From the IMG/VR virus record IMGVR_UViG_3300037851_000058, positions 1 to 45,981 of that record: a stretch of DNA of 45,981 nt; one strand, 5' to 3'. Both the position numbers and the translations under genes were made by a program. The notes under the pieces are model-generated. The model worked only from the letters and a program-made list of their open reading frames with translations, had not been told where the DNA came from and ran no database searches. Position 1 is the stretch's first letter; each line of letters opens with the position of its first letter. Below are positions 36,481 to 45,065 of this stretch, piece by piece. The DNA is from a virus (lineage: Duplodnaviria; Caudoviricetes).

Positions 36481-36565
36481 GACAGATTTTTTGAAAAAGA
36501 ACCGCAATAGACGAACCCCTGAAAAATAACAGGCTTCGCTATTCGGCACGAAAAATGGAGGGATC

Positions 36566-37117
36566 GTGAAGCCGTACTCATTACCAGATCCTCAGAAACA
36601 GCCGGAAGCCTTTCTTGTATTGCTCTACAAGACTTTGAAGCGAGTGGAATTTGACGACCGGGCGTGGGACAAGATCTTCTTCGGTCGGTGCATGAAGCGG
36701 GTGCAGGAATTGGCGGGCGCTCTCGACAACGATTTCATGGCGACCGCGCTCTGTATGAAAGATCTCGCCGAGAAATTCTACGAAGCCGGGCTCGACTGGA
36801 CGATTGAAACCATCATCTCGCACAGCTTCGAGTGGAAAGCCGATCGCCAGCGAAAGTCAGAGCGCGAGTGCTTCCAACGGCTCATGGGCGCGTATGCGGG
36901 CGGGGACCTGAAACAGCTCGCGCGCGTGGACCCGAGCGGGATCGTGGCCGCGCTGGCGGAGAATTCGATTCGGATGATCGCGCCTCCGCCGAAGAAGATT
37001 CGGGAGCCCGATCCGGTCTTGAGCGAGGAAGATCGAGAAGAAGCGCTTCGCGTGCTGGCAGAAGCGAAGGAAAAATTTAGTAAAAATAAGCGCTTGAAGG
37101 AAGCAGAAATTATATAA
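36566..37117 (+). CDS. Hypothetical protein (replication-associated by position only)
   Basis: GTG start, SD TGGAGGG; precedes recombination genes. Confidence 0.6.
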   Translation: MKPYSLPDPQKQPEAFLVLLYKTLKRVEFDDRAWDKIFFGRCMKRVQELAGALDNDFMATALCMKDLAEKFYEAGLDWTIETIISHSFEWKADRQRKSERECFQRLMGAYAGGDLKQLARVDPSGIVAALAENSIRMIAPPPKKIREPDPVLSEEDREEALRVLAEAKEKFSKNKRLKEAEII

Positions 37118-37153
37118 TAGCCCGTCGGTAAGATTCAAAAAACAGGAGGGTAT

Positions 37154-38020
37154 ATGCAACAGGAAGAAGCGATAGAAGTTCCCGCCACCGCTCCCGCCAT
37201 TCTTAAACCCAACGAAGCCGTCGAACGAGTCAGTCGCGAATTGAACATGAATGCTGATTCACTCTGGGTCATGTTCGATCGGGCGATGAAATATCCGCGC
37301 GACATCGAGAAGGTTCTGGCGACCGCGATGCGCGAGCTGATCATCGTGCCGGAGCTGGCGGCGCGCTCGTATTATTCGATTCCCTACAACCTCGGGAAGC
37401 AGAACGAGTCGCGCGTTGAAGGGCCCGGGATCAAGGCGGCGATGACGCTCGCCCGGAACTGGGGAAACTGTCTCAATCAAGGCAAGATCGGCGGAGAGGA
37501 CAAGAGTTCGATTCTGGCGATTGGGGTCTTCATGGATTTTGAGACGGGCGCGCATTCCTACCGCGAGCTTCGAGTCTCGAAATTCTACAAGCCGCGCGGG
37601 TCGCAAGGCGTGGTCCCGAAGAATGCCGACATGATGTATAACTCGACGCAAGCCGGAGTCTCGAAGGCGGTCCGGAACGTGACGCTGGCGATGCTCCCGG
37701 ACTGGCTGGTGAATTCCTATTACGAGAAGGCGAAGGATCTTGTGATCAATCCGCCGAAGAAAATCGGCGCGACGGTCGAGTCGATTCAGAACCGCCTGAT
37801 GAAGGGCAAGCAAGCGATCTGTAAAGCCTTCGGGGTGAAGCCCGAGGAAATGGAAGCTTACCTCGCCGACAATGCCGACTCGATCGAGGACGACGCATCG
37901 CTTCTCAAGCACATCATCGGGTTATATACTGGATTGAAAGAGGGGCACTATACGGTGGATCAAGTCTTCCGGGGCGGGGAAGCGCCGACCGCCGCCGGGA
38001 TGCCTCAAGAAAAACGATGA
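37154..38020 (+). CDS. Putative ssDNA-annealing/recombination protein
   Basis: YYSIPY...VEGPGIKAA..LARNWGN; coupled to exonuclease; function inferred from context. Confidence 0.55.
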   Translation: MQQEEAIEVPATAPAILKPNEAVERVSRELNMNADSLWVMFDRAMKYPRDIEKVLATAMRELIIVPELAARSYYSIPYNLGKQNESRVEGPGIKAAMTLARNWGNCLNQGKIGGEDKSSILAIGVFMDFETGAHSYRELRVSKFYKPRGSQGVVPKNADMMYNSTQAGVSKAVRNVTLAMLPDWLVNSYYEKAKDLVINPPKKIGATVESIQNRLMKGKQAICKAFGVKPEEMEAYLADNADSIEDDASLLKHIIGLYTGLKEGHYTVDQVFRGGEAPTAAGMPQEKR

Positions 38021-38598
38021 CCTTCGTCTATGACGATGAGAAGCACGAGTACCGCCTCGATGGTCGGAAGCTCGTTTCCGTCACCGGAGTCTTAAAGGCG
38101 GCGGGGCTCCTCGATCAGATCTGGCCCGACGATGATGCGCGCTGGCGCGGCGAGGCGACGCATAAGGCGGTGGAGCTTTACGCGAAAGGGACGCTCGATC
38201 CGGCGACGGTGGACCCGCGCATTCAACCCCGGCTCGATGCCTTCGCGAAGTTCCAGCGTGACACCGGGTTCCGGATGATCGAGAGCGAGAAGCCCTACTA
38301 CAACCCGGCCTATAACCTCGCGTGCAAGCCGGATCTATTCGGGATCTTCCCGGATGGCTCCGAGGGGTTGGTGGAGATTAAGAGCGGCGGGCTGGCGAAG
38401 TGGGTGCGCTTGCAAGTCGCCGGACAGGACATCACGCTCGGCGGCGGGCGACCGCGCTCGCGCTGGGGCCTTTCGCTCGCCGGAGGAAAACCCAGCGTTC
38501 AGCGCTATAATGACCCCGACGACATTTCGATCTTTATGTCGGCAATGAATGTGGCCCATTGGAAAATAAAATACGCGAACTGGAGGGATCATGACTGA
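38017..38598 (+). CDS. PD-(D/E)xK exonuclease
   Basis: HEY...SVT.VL, RG...H, E, KPDL, VEIKSG, LQ. Confidence 0.85.
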   Translation: MTFVYDDEKHEYRLDGRKLVSVTGVLKAAGLLDQIWPDDDARWRGEATHKAVELYAKGTLDPATVDPRIQPRLDAFAKFQRDTGFRMIESEKPYYNPAYNLACKPDLFGIFPDGSEGLVEIKSGGLAKWVRLQVAGQDITLGGGRPRSRWGLSLAGGKPSVQRYNDPDDISIFMSAMNVAHWKIKYANWRDHD

Positions 38599-39313
38599 TC
38601 TCATGACGCAAGACGTACCGTTGAAAGCCTACGAATCGAATTACCGAGAGCACTTGAGCATCGAAGAACAGTCCCGCCGCCTCGCTCTCCAAATCAAAAA
38701 CCAAGAAACTTACGAAGCCGCCTCAGCGTATCTGCTTCGCATTAAAGATATGCGGAAGCGCTGGGCGGAGGTCATCAAGCCCGCCGTGAAAGCCGCGCAC
38801 GAAGCGCACGCGCGGATCAAGGACGTGGAGAAGGTCGTCGATGGACCGCTGGCCCGGTCGGAATCAGAAATCCTCAAGCCCGCGCTGGTGCGCTGGACCG
38901 AGGCGGAGGATCTGCGCCGCCGGGAGGAACAGGAGCGGGTGAACCGGGAGCTGAGGAAGCAGGAGGAAGACCGGAAGATCGCGCTCGCTGAGGAGCTGGC
39001 GAAGTCGGGCAAGACCGAGCTGGCGGACGCGGTGCTGGAATCGCCGATGACCATGCCGGAGGTTGTTCTCCCTAAGGCGGCGGAGGTCAAGGGAATCAAT
39101 TACCGGACCCGCTATTTCGCCGAGGTCGTGGATCTCAAGAAATTATGCGCGGCGGTCGCGGATGGAACCGCGCCGCTCGAGTTCGTGGTCGCGAATGGTC
39201 CGTGGCTCAATCGGGTCGCGGCGGAGATGAAAGAGGCGGTCAACCCGCAATGGGAGAAGTGGGGCTTGCGGGTGGGATCAGAGAAGATTGTGAGCGCTGG
39301 CGGCGGGAGGTAA
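38591..39313 (+). CDS. Coiled-coil protein of the recombination module
   Basis: Long charged helices then short beta C-terminus; Gam/Gp157-like architecture by inference. Confidence 0.6.
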   Translation: MTDLMTQDVPLKAYESNYREHLSIEEQSRRLALQIKNQETYEAASAYLLRIKDMRKRWAEVIKPAVKAAHEAHARIKDVEKVVDGPLARSESEILKPALVRWTEAEDLRRREEQERVNRELRKQEEDRKIALAEELAKSGKTELADAVLESPMTMPEVVLPKAAEVKGINYRTRYFAEVVDLKKLCAAVADGTAPLEFVVANGPWLNRVAAEMKEAVNPQWEKWGLRVGSEKIVSAGGGR

Positions 39314-39315
39314 AA

Positions 39316-39627
39316 ATGTTCATGAACCTCGACGAATTCCTTCGCTTCCTGAAAGTCCAGAAGATGAAGGCGGACTTCTCGGCATGGTCGCAAGTCGGAG
39401 TGATGAGCCCGCAAGAAAAGCTTCGGCACAAGGCGCTCCTGAACAACAATCTTCACAAGGTGCGTGAGATCGAAATGCTGGTGAAAAAGGCGATGAATCT
39501 ACAGGGGCAAGTGGAGGTCGCGCGCGACGAGTTCTGGAATGATCTTTACAATAAGCACGGCCTTCCGCCCGAGGGAAATTACCATATCACCGACGACTCG
39601 CGCATTCTGATGGAGCCGAAAAAATGA
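39316..39627 (+). CDS. Hypothetical protein
   Basis: SD GGAGGT, ATG 39316. Confidence 0.65.
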   Translation: MFMNLDEFLRFLKVQKMKADFSAWSQVGVMSPQEKLRHKALLNNNLHKVREIEMLVKKAMNLQGQVEVARDEFWNDLYNKHGLPPEGNYHITDDSRILMEPKK

Positions 39628-39845
39628 AATATACCGAAAACCTTCACGAAGCGTACAAGGTGACCGGGTTCTTTTCGGATGGCGAGCGCCGGGTCATTCG
39701 GATCATTCCATTCCTCGACAATACGGAAAATCAGGTCTGCGAGGATATGTACAAGACCTACCCGGATCTCTGGTGGATCGAGTTCGATACTGTCTTCGCG
39801 CCCGAGTCTTCGTTCTGGAAACCCTCCGATGACCGCAAGGGCTAA
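39624..39845 (+). CDS. Hypothetical protein
   Basis: ATGA overlap. Confidence 0.6.
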   Translation: MKYTENLHEAYKVTGFFSDGERRVIRIIPFLDNTENQVCEDMYKTYPDLWWIEFDTVFAPESSFWKPSDDRKG

Positions 39846-40050
39846 GTCGAGCCGGGGGTATCTTGAGGGCTGGATTGTCTCTAAGGAAGATACGCTCCTT
39901 CGCGCGAAGCGGCTCCAGAAACACGGCGACTTTCTTCTGGCGCGGCTGATTGATACCCGCTCGCGATTCCGGAAATCCATGAAGCGGGTGGAGATGATCG
40001 ACGGGATTATTGCGCGGCTCAAGCGGAATATCCGAGGAGGAGCGAAGTGA
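39829..40050 (+). CDS. Basic hypothetical protein
   Basis: Fills operon; GTGA-coupled to next gene. Confidence 0.5.
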   Translation: MTARAKSSRGYLEGWIVSKEDTLLRAKRLQKHGDFLLARLIDTRSRFRKSMKRVEMIDGIIARLKRNIRGGAK

Positions 40051-40304
40051 TTTCATTCACAGATTCCAACCTAGCCAGTCTAAAAGAAAATGTGAAACAC
40101 GATGATTTCCGCTGGACGAAATCATTCGATAAGGACGTGGGGCTTGATCAGCTTAGGGCTCTTTTGAATCGTCTGGAAGCCGCCGAGAAAATTGTGAATC
40201 TGAATCACGGTTGCGAGGCTCCAGAGAATCCGACAGAAAACGGGCATTGCTGTATTGAAGCCGAAAAGGCGGAAGAAGCATGGCGTAAGGCGGCTGGCAA
40301 GTGA
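40047..40304 (+). CDS. Hypothetical protein
   Basis: SD GAGGAG, GTG start. Confidence 0.65.
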   Translation: MISFTDSNLASLKENVKHDDFRWTKSFDKDVGLDQLRALLNRLEAAEKIVNLNHGCEAPENPTENGHCCIEAEKAEEAWRKAAGK

Positions 40305-40897
40305 TCGTTAAAGCGAAGTGCGGGTGCTATATCGACGACAACTGTCAATGCGATCTCGCGCCTCAGCGCCCGATCCTTTTTTCCGCGCCGATGGTGCGCG
40401 CAATTCTGGCGGGCAAGAAATCTCAGACCCGGCGGCTGATGCGCCTCGGCGGAGAATACGACGGGGGCGGGCAATATCTGACCCGGGACGATGAGTGGGT
40501 GGACATCTGGCGAATGTGTCCGTATGGAGTCCCCGGCGACCTTCTTTGGGTGAAAGAGACTTTTCTTCCGTGGGATGCCAGCGGCGGAGTCGAGAAATAT
40601 ATCTATCGAGCGACTGAGGATCTTCCAGCTTACAGCGGGTCATGGAAGCCGTCGCTGTTCATGCCGAGGAAGGCGAGCCGGATCACACTCAAAATAACCG
40701 GGGTGCGGGCGGAGCGATTGCAGGAGATCTCGAGCGGAGATATTCTGGCGGAGGGCGTGGATCTTTCCCAGCCACCGCACGATACGGACCGGCTGGCCTT
40801 CGCTCGATTGTGGAATTCCATCAATGCGGAACGTGGGTATGGATGGGACAAGAATCCGTGGGTCTGGGTGATCAATTTCAAAAGGATTGAACTATGA
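40301..40897 (+). CDS. ASCH/PUA-like conserved phage protein
   Basis: PILFSAPMVRAILAGKKSQTRR, GDLLWVKET, WKPSLFMPRKASR, NPWVWVI.F. Confidence 0.85.
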   Translation: MIVKAKCGCYIDDNCQCDLAPQRPILFSAPMVRAILAGKKSQTRRLMRLGGEYDGGGQYLTRDDEWVDIWRMCPYGVPGDLLWVKETFLPWDASGGVEKYIYRATEDLPAYSGSWKPSLFMPRKASRITLKITGVRAERLQEISSGDILAEGVDLSQPPHDTDRLAFARLWNSINAERGYGWDKNPWVWVINFKRIEL

Positions 40898-40912
40898 AAT
40901 CAGGAGGGAAAA

Positions 40913-41293
40913 ATGCCGCCAAAGCAGGAAAAAACATTCGAGGAAAAGGTGTGGCACATCATCGCGGAGTCCAGCAACGACCGGGGCGGAGGGTCCGTCC
41001 TTCGGGTCATGAGCTGGATCGTGGACGGAAAGATGGGGAAGCCGTGCATCGACAAGCGGGACTGGTGGATGACCGAGGACAACGAGAAGCGGGTCGGAAA
41101 AGCGAAGGGCCTGACCGGGTACGATCTTCTGACCATTCTCCGAACGCTCGACGTGGTGGCGAAGGCGCTCCAGATTCCGGCGGAGGACATTCGCCTCGCG
41201 CTGGACGTGGAGCGGAAAGCGTCGAACAATCCGGAAACCGCGCCAGAGACAGCGGCGGCGGGCGGGGAGAAAAAAGCCGACCCGTGGGGGTAG
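40913..41293 (+). CDS. PC4/YdbC-like ssDNA-binding protein
   Basis: LRVMSW...P.IDKRDW...GKAKGLT; flexible tail ending DPWG. Confidence 0.7.
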   Translation: MPPKQEKTFEEKVWHIIAESSNDRGGGSVLRVMSWIVDGKMGKPCIDKRDWWMTEDNEKRVGKAKGLTGYDLLTILRTLDVVAKALQIPAEDIRLALDVERKASNNPETAPETAAAGGEKKADPWG

Positions 41294-41922
41294 TTCCTCC
41301 GATCGTCAATGAAACGCTTCTTCCCTTCCTGATCGGGCTCGGCGAGCTGGTCACGGACCCGAAGAATGCGCGGACCCATGATGAGCGGAACATTGCGGTG
41401 ATCATGGAATCGCTCGCGCAATATGGACAGCAGACCCCGATAGTTTATCTGAAAGACGGGAACGTGGTGATCAAGGGGAACGCGACTCTGGAAGCGGCGA
41501 AGCGCCTCGGCTGGTCCCAGATCGCGGCGATTCCATTCGACCGGGATGCGCTCAAGGCGGCGGGCTATAAGCTTACCGACAACCGGGCGGGCGAGCTGTC
41601 CGGCTGGGGACCGCTTCTGCGGGACAGTCTGGAGGAGCTGGTCGGCTGGGGGGTGGATCTCTCCCGGCTGGGCTGGGCGGACGAGGAGCTGAAAGAGTTC
41701 ATCACCGACCCCCAGATCCTCAGTCAGATCGGGCTCCCGGACATCGAGAATAATCTCCGGGAATGCACCTTCATTCTCTCGGAGGCGCAATACCTCACGG
41801 TGAGCGAAGCGATCCGGGAAGCGAAGAAGAAGGCGGGAGAGCCCGAAGAAGATAACGAGAACACCAACGGGAACGGACTGGCGGCGGTATGTCGATTCTA
41901 TCTACAAGCGGTCAAGCAATAG
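41284..41922 (+). CDS. ParB N-terminal domain protein
   Basis: PKNARTH...SL.QYGQQTPI...VIKGNATLEAAKRLG...DNR..ELS.W; GTG 41284 preferred over 40894. Confidence 0.85.
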   Translation: MGVVPPIVNETLLPFLIGLGELVTDPKNARTHDERNIAVIMESLAQYGQQTPIVYLKDGNVVIKGNATLEAAKRLGWSQIAAIPFDRDALKAAGYKLTDNRAGELSGWGPLLRDSLEELVGWGVDLSRLGWADEELKEFITDPQILSQIGLPDIENNLRECTFILSEAQYLTVSEAIREAKKKAGEPEEDNENTNGNGLAAVCRFYLQAVKQ

Positions 41923-42581
41923 ACGTAAAGGACATCCGGATCGACCGGATTGATTCAACCTCGGCGAACGCCTTCGTGCGCCGCTGGCATTACTCCGGGA
42001 CGGTGACGAACAATTCTCAGCTCCACTTCGGGGCTTTCTTTTCCGGGAAGCTTCACGGAGTGATGAGCTTCGGCCCGCCGATGGATCGCCGCCGCATTCT
42101 CCCGCTGGTGGAGGGGACGGGCTGGTCCCAGATGGTCGAATTGAACCGGATGGCCTTCGATGAAACGCTTCCGAAGAATTCGGAGTCGCGGAGTCTTTCG
42201 ATCGCGCTCCGGCTGATCCGCAAGCACGCGCCGCACGTGAAGTGGGTGGTGTCTTTTTCGGATGCGTGCCGCTCTGGGGATGGGACGATCTATCGGGCGT
42301 GCGGATTCCTGCTTACCCAGATCAACCGGAACAAGACGATCCTCCGGCTCCCGGACGGGACGATCCGGGCGAACCTCGCTTTTCATCTGGGGAAGCACGC
42401 GCTCAAGACCGGGAAGGCCAGCGAGCCCGAAGGCGCGGTCCCGATCCCGGGGTTTCAGCTCCGGTATATTTATTTTCTAGACCCGGCATGGCGGGCCCGG
42501 CTCACGGTTCCGGTCCTGCCTTATTCCGCGATCGCTGAGGCGGGCGCGAAAATGTACCGGGGTCAATCGCTGGCAAAGTGA
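41889..42581 (+). CDS. mom: Mom-family adenine-modifying enzyme (GNAT fold)
   Basis: ANAFVRRWHYS, GVMSFG, ELNRM, PKNSESR, VVSFSD, GTIYRACGF. Confidence 0.88.
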   Translation: MSILSTSGQAIDVKDIRIDRIDSTSANAFVRRWHYSGTVTNNSQLHFGAFFSGKLHGVMSFGPPMDRRRILPLVEGTGWSQMVELNRMAFDETLPKNSESRSLSIALRLIRKHAPHVKWVVSFSDACRSGDGTIYRACGFLLTQINRNKTILRLPDGTIRANLAFHLGKHALKTGKASEPEGAVPIPGFQLRYIYFLDPAWRARLTVPVLPYSAIAEAGAKMYRGQSLAK

Positions 42582-42642
42582 ACAGGGTCACGCGCGGGGT
42601 CCACCCGCGAAAGGGCGGTTCGAGTCCGACCTGCCAGCTCCA
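42569..42642 (+). tRNA. Atypical tRNA-Gly(TCC)-like RNA overlapping mom stop
   Basis: Full cloverleaf: GCTGGCA/TGCCAGC, GTGA/TCAC, CGCGG/CCGCG around TCC, GGCGG-TTCGAGT-CCG(A)CC, T discriminator, encoded CCA. Confidence 0.85.
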
Positions 42643-42673
42643 TTTTGAAAGCCTCGCCAGAACCCCGCCAGAT

Positions 42674-42692
42674 AGCCGGAAAGCGGCTTTTT
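42674..42692 (+). terminator. Probable intrinsic terminator after mom-tRNA
   Basis: AGCCG-GAAAG-CGGCT then TTTT. Confidence 0.55.
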
Positions 42693-42824
42693 AGGGCCGA
42701 ACCCCGGGCCGTCCTCCTCCTGCCTTCCCCCTGCCATGTAAAGGACAACCGAAATACGCACCCTAGTGCTTATTTTAATACGCACTACAATGCGCCGCAA
42801 ATTCCCCAGACCAGTCGAAAAGCC

Positions 42825-42855
42825 TTGCAGAGTGCTATATATCCTGATATATAAT
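42825..42855 (+). promoter_or_regulatory. Early promoter with palindromic operator candidate
   Basis: TTGCAG...TATAAT (17-19 nt spacing); TATATATC-CT-GATATATA at 42836-42853. Confidence 0.65.
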
Positions 42856-42894
42856 AGTGTGGACGGAAGGATTCAGCAACAGGAGGGCTCGAAA

Positions 42895-43113
42895 ATGGAA
42901 ACAATGGAATGGTTCAAAACTGCCTGCGAGCCGGGGACCTGCTCCGGGAGATTCTGCGCGGATTCAATCAAGACTGACCACTCTGGCCGCTGGTACATCA
43001 CTATGGGCCACCCGGGATTTAATAGCCCAGCCAATAACCGCATGGGCTACGCTTCCCGGGCGAAGGCGGAAGCGGCGCGCCGCCACTATGCCGAGCGGAT
43101 GGTGAGACCATGA
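42895..43113 (+). CDS. Hypothetical protein
   Basis: SD AACAGGAGGG, ATG 42895. Confidence 0.7.
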   Translation: METMEWFKTACEPGTCSGRFCADSIKTDHSGRWYITMGHPGFNSPANNRMGYASRAKAEAARRHYAERMVRP

Positions 43114-43316
43114 GCCGCCGGGAAATCGCTCCCTGCCTCTGCGGGGCTTATGCTCACCGGGACGGGGCTTGTTTCGATGGGCGGGTGTGCGAGGCGAAGG
43201 CTTGCGAATTTGAAGCCGAGAAGGGCTCGCGATTCTGCGAGGAGCACGGATTCAAAAATGAACGCCACCTGATGATTCCCAACAAGGGGCGAAAAACTGG
43301 AGGGACCAAACAATGA
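43110..43316 (+). CDS. Cys-rich small protein
   Basis: CLC, C-x4-C...FCEEH; ATGA coupling. Confidence 0.6.
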   Translation: MSRREIAPCLCGAYAHRDGACFDGRVCEAKACEFEAEKGSRFCEEHGFKNERHLMIPNKGRKTGGTKQ

Positions 43317-44278
43317 GTGCGAACGTGAACACGATGATGTATGTGGGCGAGAAACCGTGGCATGGGCTGGGAGTGAAGCTCGAGAAGGCGGCTACCTCGG
43401 CGGAAGCGATCACCGCCGCTGGGCTGGACTGGGCGGTTGAGAAGCGCCCGGTGACCTTCCTCGACAACGAAGGGAAGTCCCGGGAAGTCCCGGGGAAATT
43501 CGTAACGGTCCGGGCGGATACCCAGAAACCCCTCGGGGTGGTGGGCTCCGATTGGACCCCGATCCAGAATCGAGAAGCCTTCTCGTTCTTCGATGCGGTC
43601 GTTGGCGAGAAGCTGGCGATCTATCACACCGCCGGGGCTCTCGGCGATGGACAGCGGGTCTGGATTCTCGCGAAGCTTCCCGGGCACATTCGGGTCATCG
43701 GTGATGACGTGGTTGAGAAATTCCTGCTTCTCTCGAACGGGCATGACGGCGGGCTGGCCTATCGAATGGGCTTCACGCCGATCCGGGTTGTCTGCCAGAA
43801 CACGCTGAACATCGCCCTGAAAGAGGGGTCCATCCTCTCGGCGAAGCTCCGGCATACCTCCGGGATCGGGCTCCGGGTCAACGAAGTCCGGGAACAGCTC
43901 GGGATCGTGGCGGGCCTCTACCAGACCTTCGAGGAGCTATCGAAGCGCCTTGTTCAGGTTCCCATGAGCGTGAGCCGGGCCTCGGACTTCTTCAAGGGGA
44001 CGATCATCCCAAAGCCGAAGGAAGGCGAGACAGAGCTGGGCGCGCGCTCGAAGAAAATGCTCGAGGACGTGCTGAACCTGTTCGAGCATGGGCGCGGGAA
44101 TGACCTCCCGGGAGTGAAGGGGACCGCATGGGCGGCTTTCAATGCGGTGACGGAATTCGCCGACTACCGCCCGGTGCGCGGCGGGGATGAGGCGAGCCGC
44201 GCTCATTCGATCCTCTGGGGCTATGGTGCGGATATCAAACAACGCGCTTGGGATGCCGCCCTTGCGCTGGCGAAATAA
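43313..44278 (+). CDS. DUF932 (TIGR03299-type) phage/plasmid protein
   Basis: PWHGLG, AGLDW.V, IQN.EAF.FFD, TAGAL, HDG, TPIRVVCQNTL, GTAWAAFNAVTE. Confidence 0.92.
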   Translation: MSANVNTMMYVGEKPWHGLGVKLEKAATSAEAITAAGLDWAVEKRPVTFLDNEGKSREVPGKFVTVRADTQKPLGVVGSDWTPIQNREAFSFFDAVVGEKLAIYHTAGALGDGQRVWILAKLPGHIRVIGDDVVEKFLLLSNGHDGGLAYRMGFTPIRVVCQNTLNIALKEGSILSAKLRHTSGIGLRVNEVREQLGIVAGLYQTFEELSKRLVQVPMSVSRASDFFKGTIIPKPKEGETELGARSKKMLEDVLNLFEHGRGNDLPGVKGTAWAAFNAVTEFADYRPVRGGDEASRAHSILWGYGADIKQRAWDAALALAK

Positions 44279-44295
44279 AACAGGAGGGACTGAAA

Positions 44296-44661
44296 ATGGA
44301 AAATGAAAAAAAGGACAACTCGGTGCTGAATTACTTCGACCGGATGATCGGATCGCTCCAAGGCTTGCCGGACGTGGTGAAAACCAAGCCGACAACCATG
44401 CGGGTGGTTCCGACCTTCGGGCTGGGCTCCTACGTGTATGTGGTCCAGACCTTCCGCCAGAAGGAAATCGGGGACATCATCTTCCTCGAGAATGTCTCAG
44501 AGAATGGAACCGTGCGGGTGGTGATTCCGCCAGCGGTCGCCGACGTGATCGCGCGACAGCGGGACCAGCTCTCGAAGCGAAACCGGAGCCGCGCCAGCCG
44601 ACAGGCGATGGCGGACCGGATGGCTCGAGGCGAGAAGCCCGGGTTCATGAAGCACAAGTAA
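44296..44661 (+). CDS. Hypothetical protein
   Basis: SD AACAGGAGGG, ATG 44296. Confidence 0.7.
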   Translation: MENEKKDNSVLNYFDRMIGSLQGLPDVVKTKPTTMRVVPTFGLGSYVYVVQTFRQKEIGDIIFLENVSENGTVRVVIPPAVADVIARQRDQLSKRNRSRASRQAMADRMARGEKPGFMKHK

Positions 44662-44670
44662 AGCCTTCCC

Positions 44671-44709
44671 CGCTGGGCCTCGCGTCCGGAAGGCGCGCGG
44701 GGCTCGGCG
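44671..44709 (+). promoter_or_regulatory. Intergenic RNA hairpin (no U-tract)
   Basis: CGCTGGGCCTCGCG/CGCGGGGCTCGGCG, 14 bp with three G.U pairs, GGAA loop. Confidence 0.6.
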
Positions 44710-44742
44710 ATGGACGGCCAAGTCAAAAACTGGAGGGCGGTC

Positions 44743-44910
44743 ATGGTTGAGATCATTTATCACCTATGCCGAGAGTGCGGGCGGAGGATTCAGGACACCT
44801 CGGACATTCTCGAGGCTTTCTGCTCGCATGAGTGCCGAGAACAGCACGAGTACGAGAAAAGGAAATTGATCGAGTGGAGCGAAAAAAATTCATGGAGCCA
44901 AGGAATCTGA
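44743..44910 (+). CDS. Small Zn-finger protein
   Basis: SD AACTGGAGGG; CREC...FCSHEC. Confidence 0.65.
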   Translation: MVEIIYHLCRECGRRIQDTSDILEAFCSHECREQHEYEKRKLIEWSEKNSWSQGI

Positions 44911-45053
44911 ACGAGACCGTTCGCCTCTGCTTCGCTTGCGGGTGCGAAGTCGGCGGAGAGCATGATCACGAAGGGGCGGTTCGTTACGTCCCTCTCGCCT
45001 TCATTCCTCCGGAGCTGAGAGCCGGAGGGTTCGACGATCTCGACGACGAATGA
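44892..45053 (+). CDS. Small hypothetical protein
   Basis: CFAC...HDH; acidic tail. Confidence 0.55.
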   Translation: MEPRNLNETVRLCFACGCEVGGEHDHEGAVRYVPLAFIPPELRAGGFDDLDDE

Positions 45054-45065
45054 ACTGGAGGGCTT

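Noticed and set aside
37094-37118. Canonical promoter TTGAAG...TATAAT
   Set aside because: Spacer is only 13 nt; kept only as a -10-like motif.
40894-41283. 130-aa N-terminal extension of the ParB-like ORF
   Set aside because: Low-complexity alternate frame of the PC4-like gene, which has the proper RBS.
42569-42642. tRNA as attP remnant or ordinary translational tRNA
   Set aside because: It is full length with all stems paired, no integrase is present, and U8/U33 are missing with a T-stem bulge.
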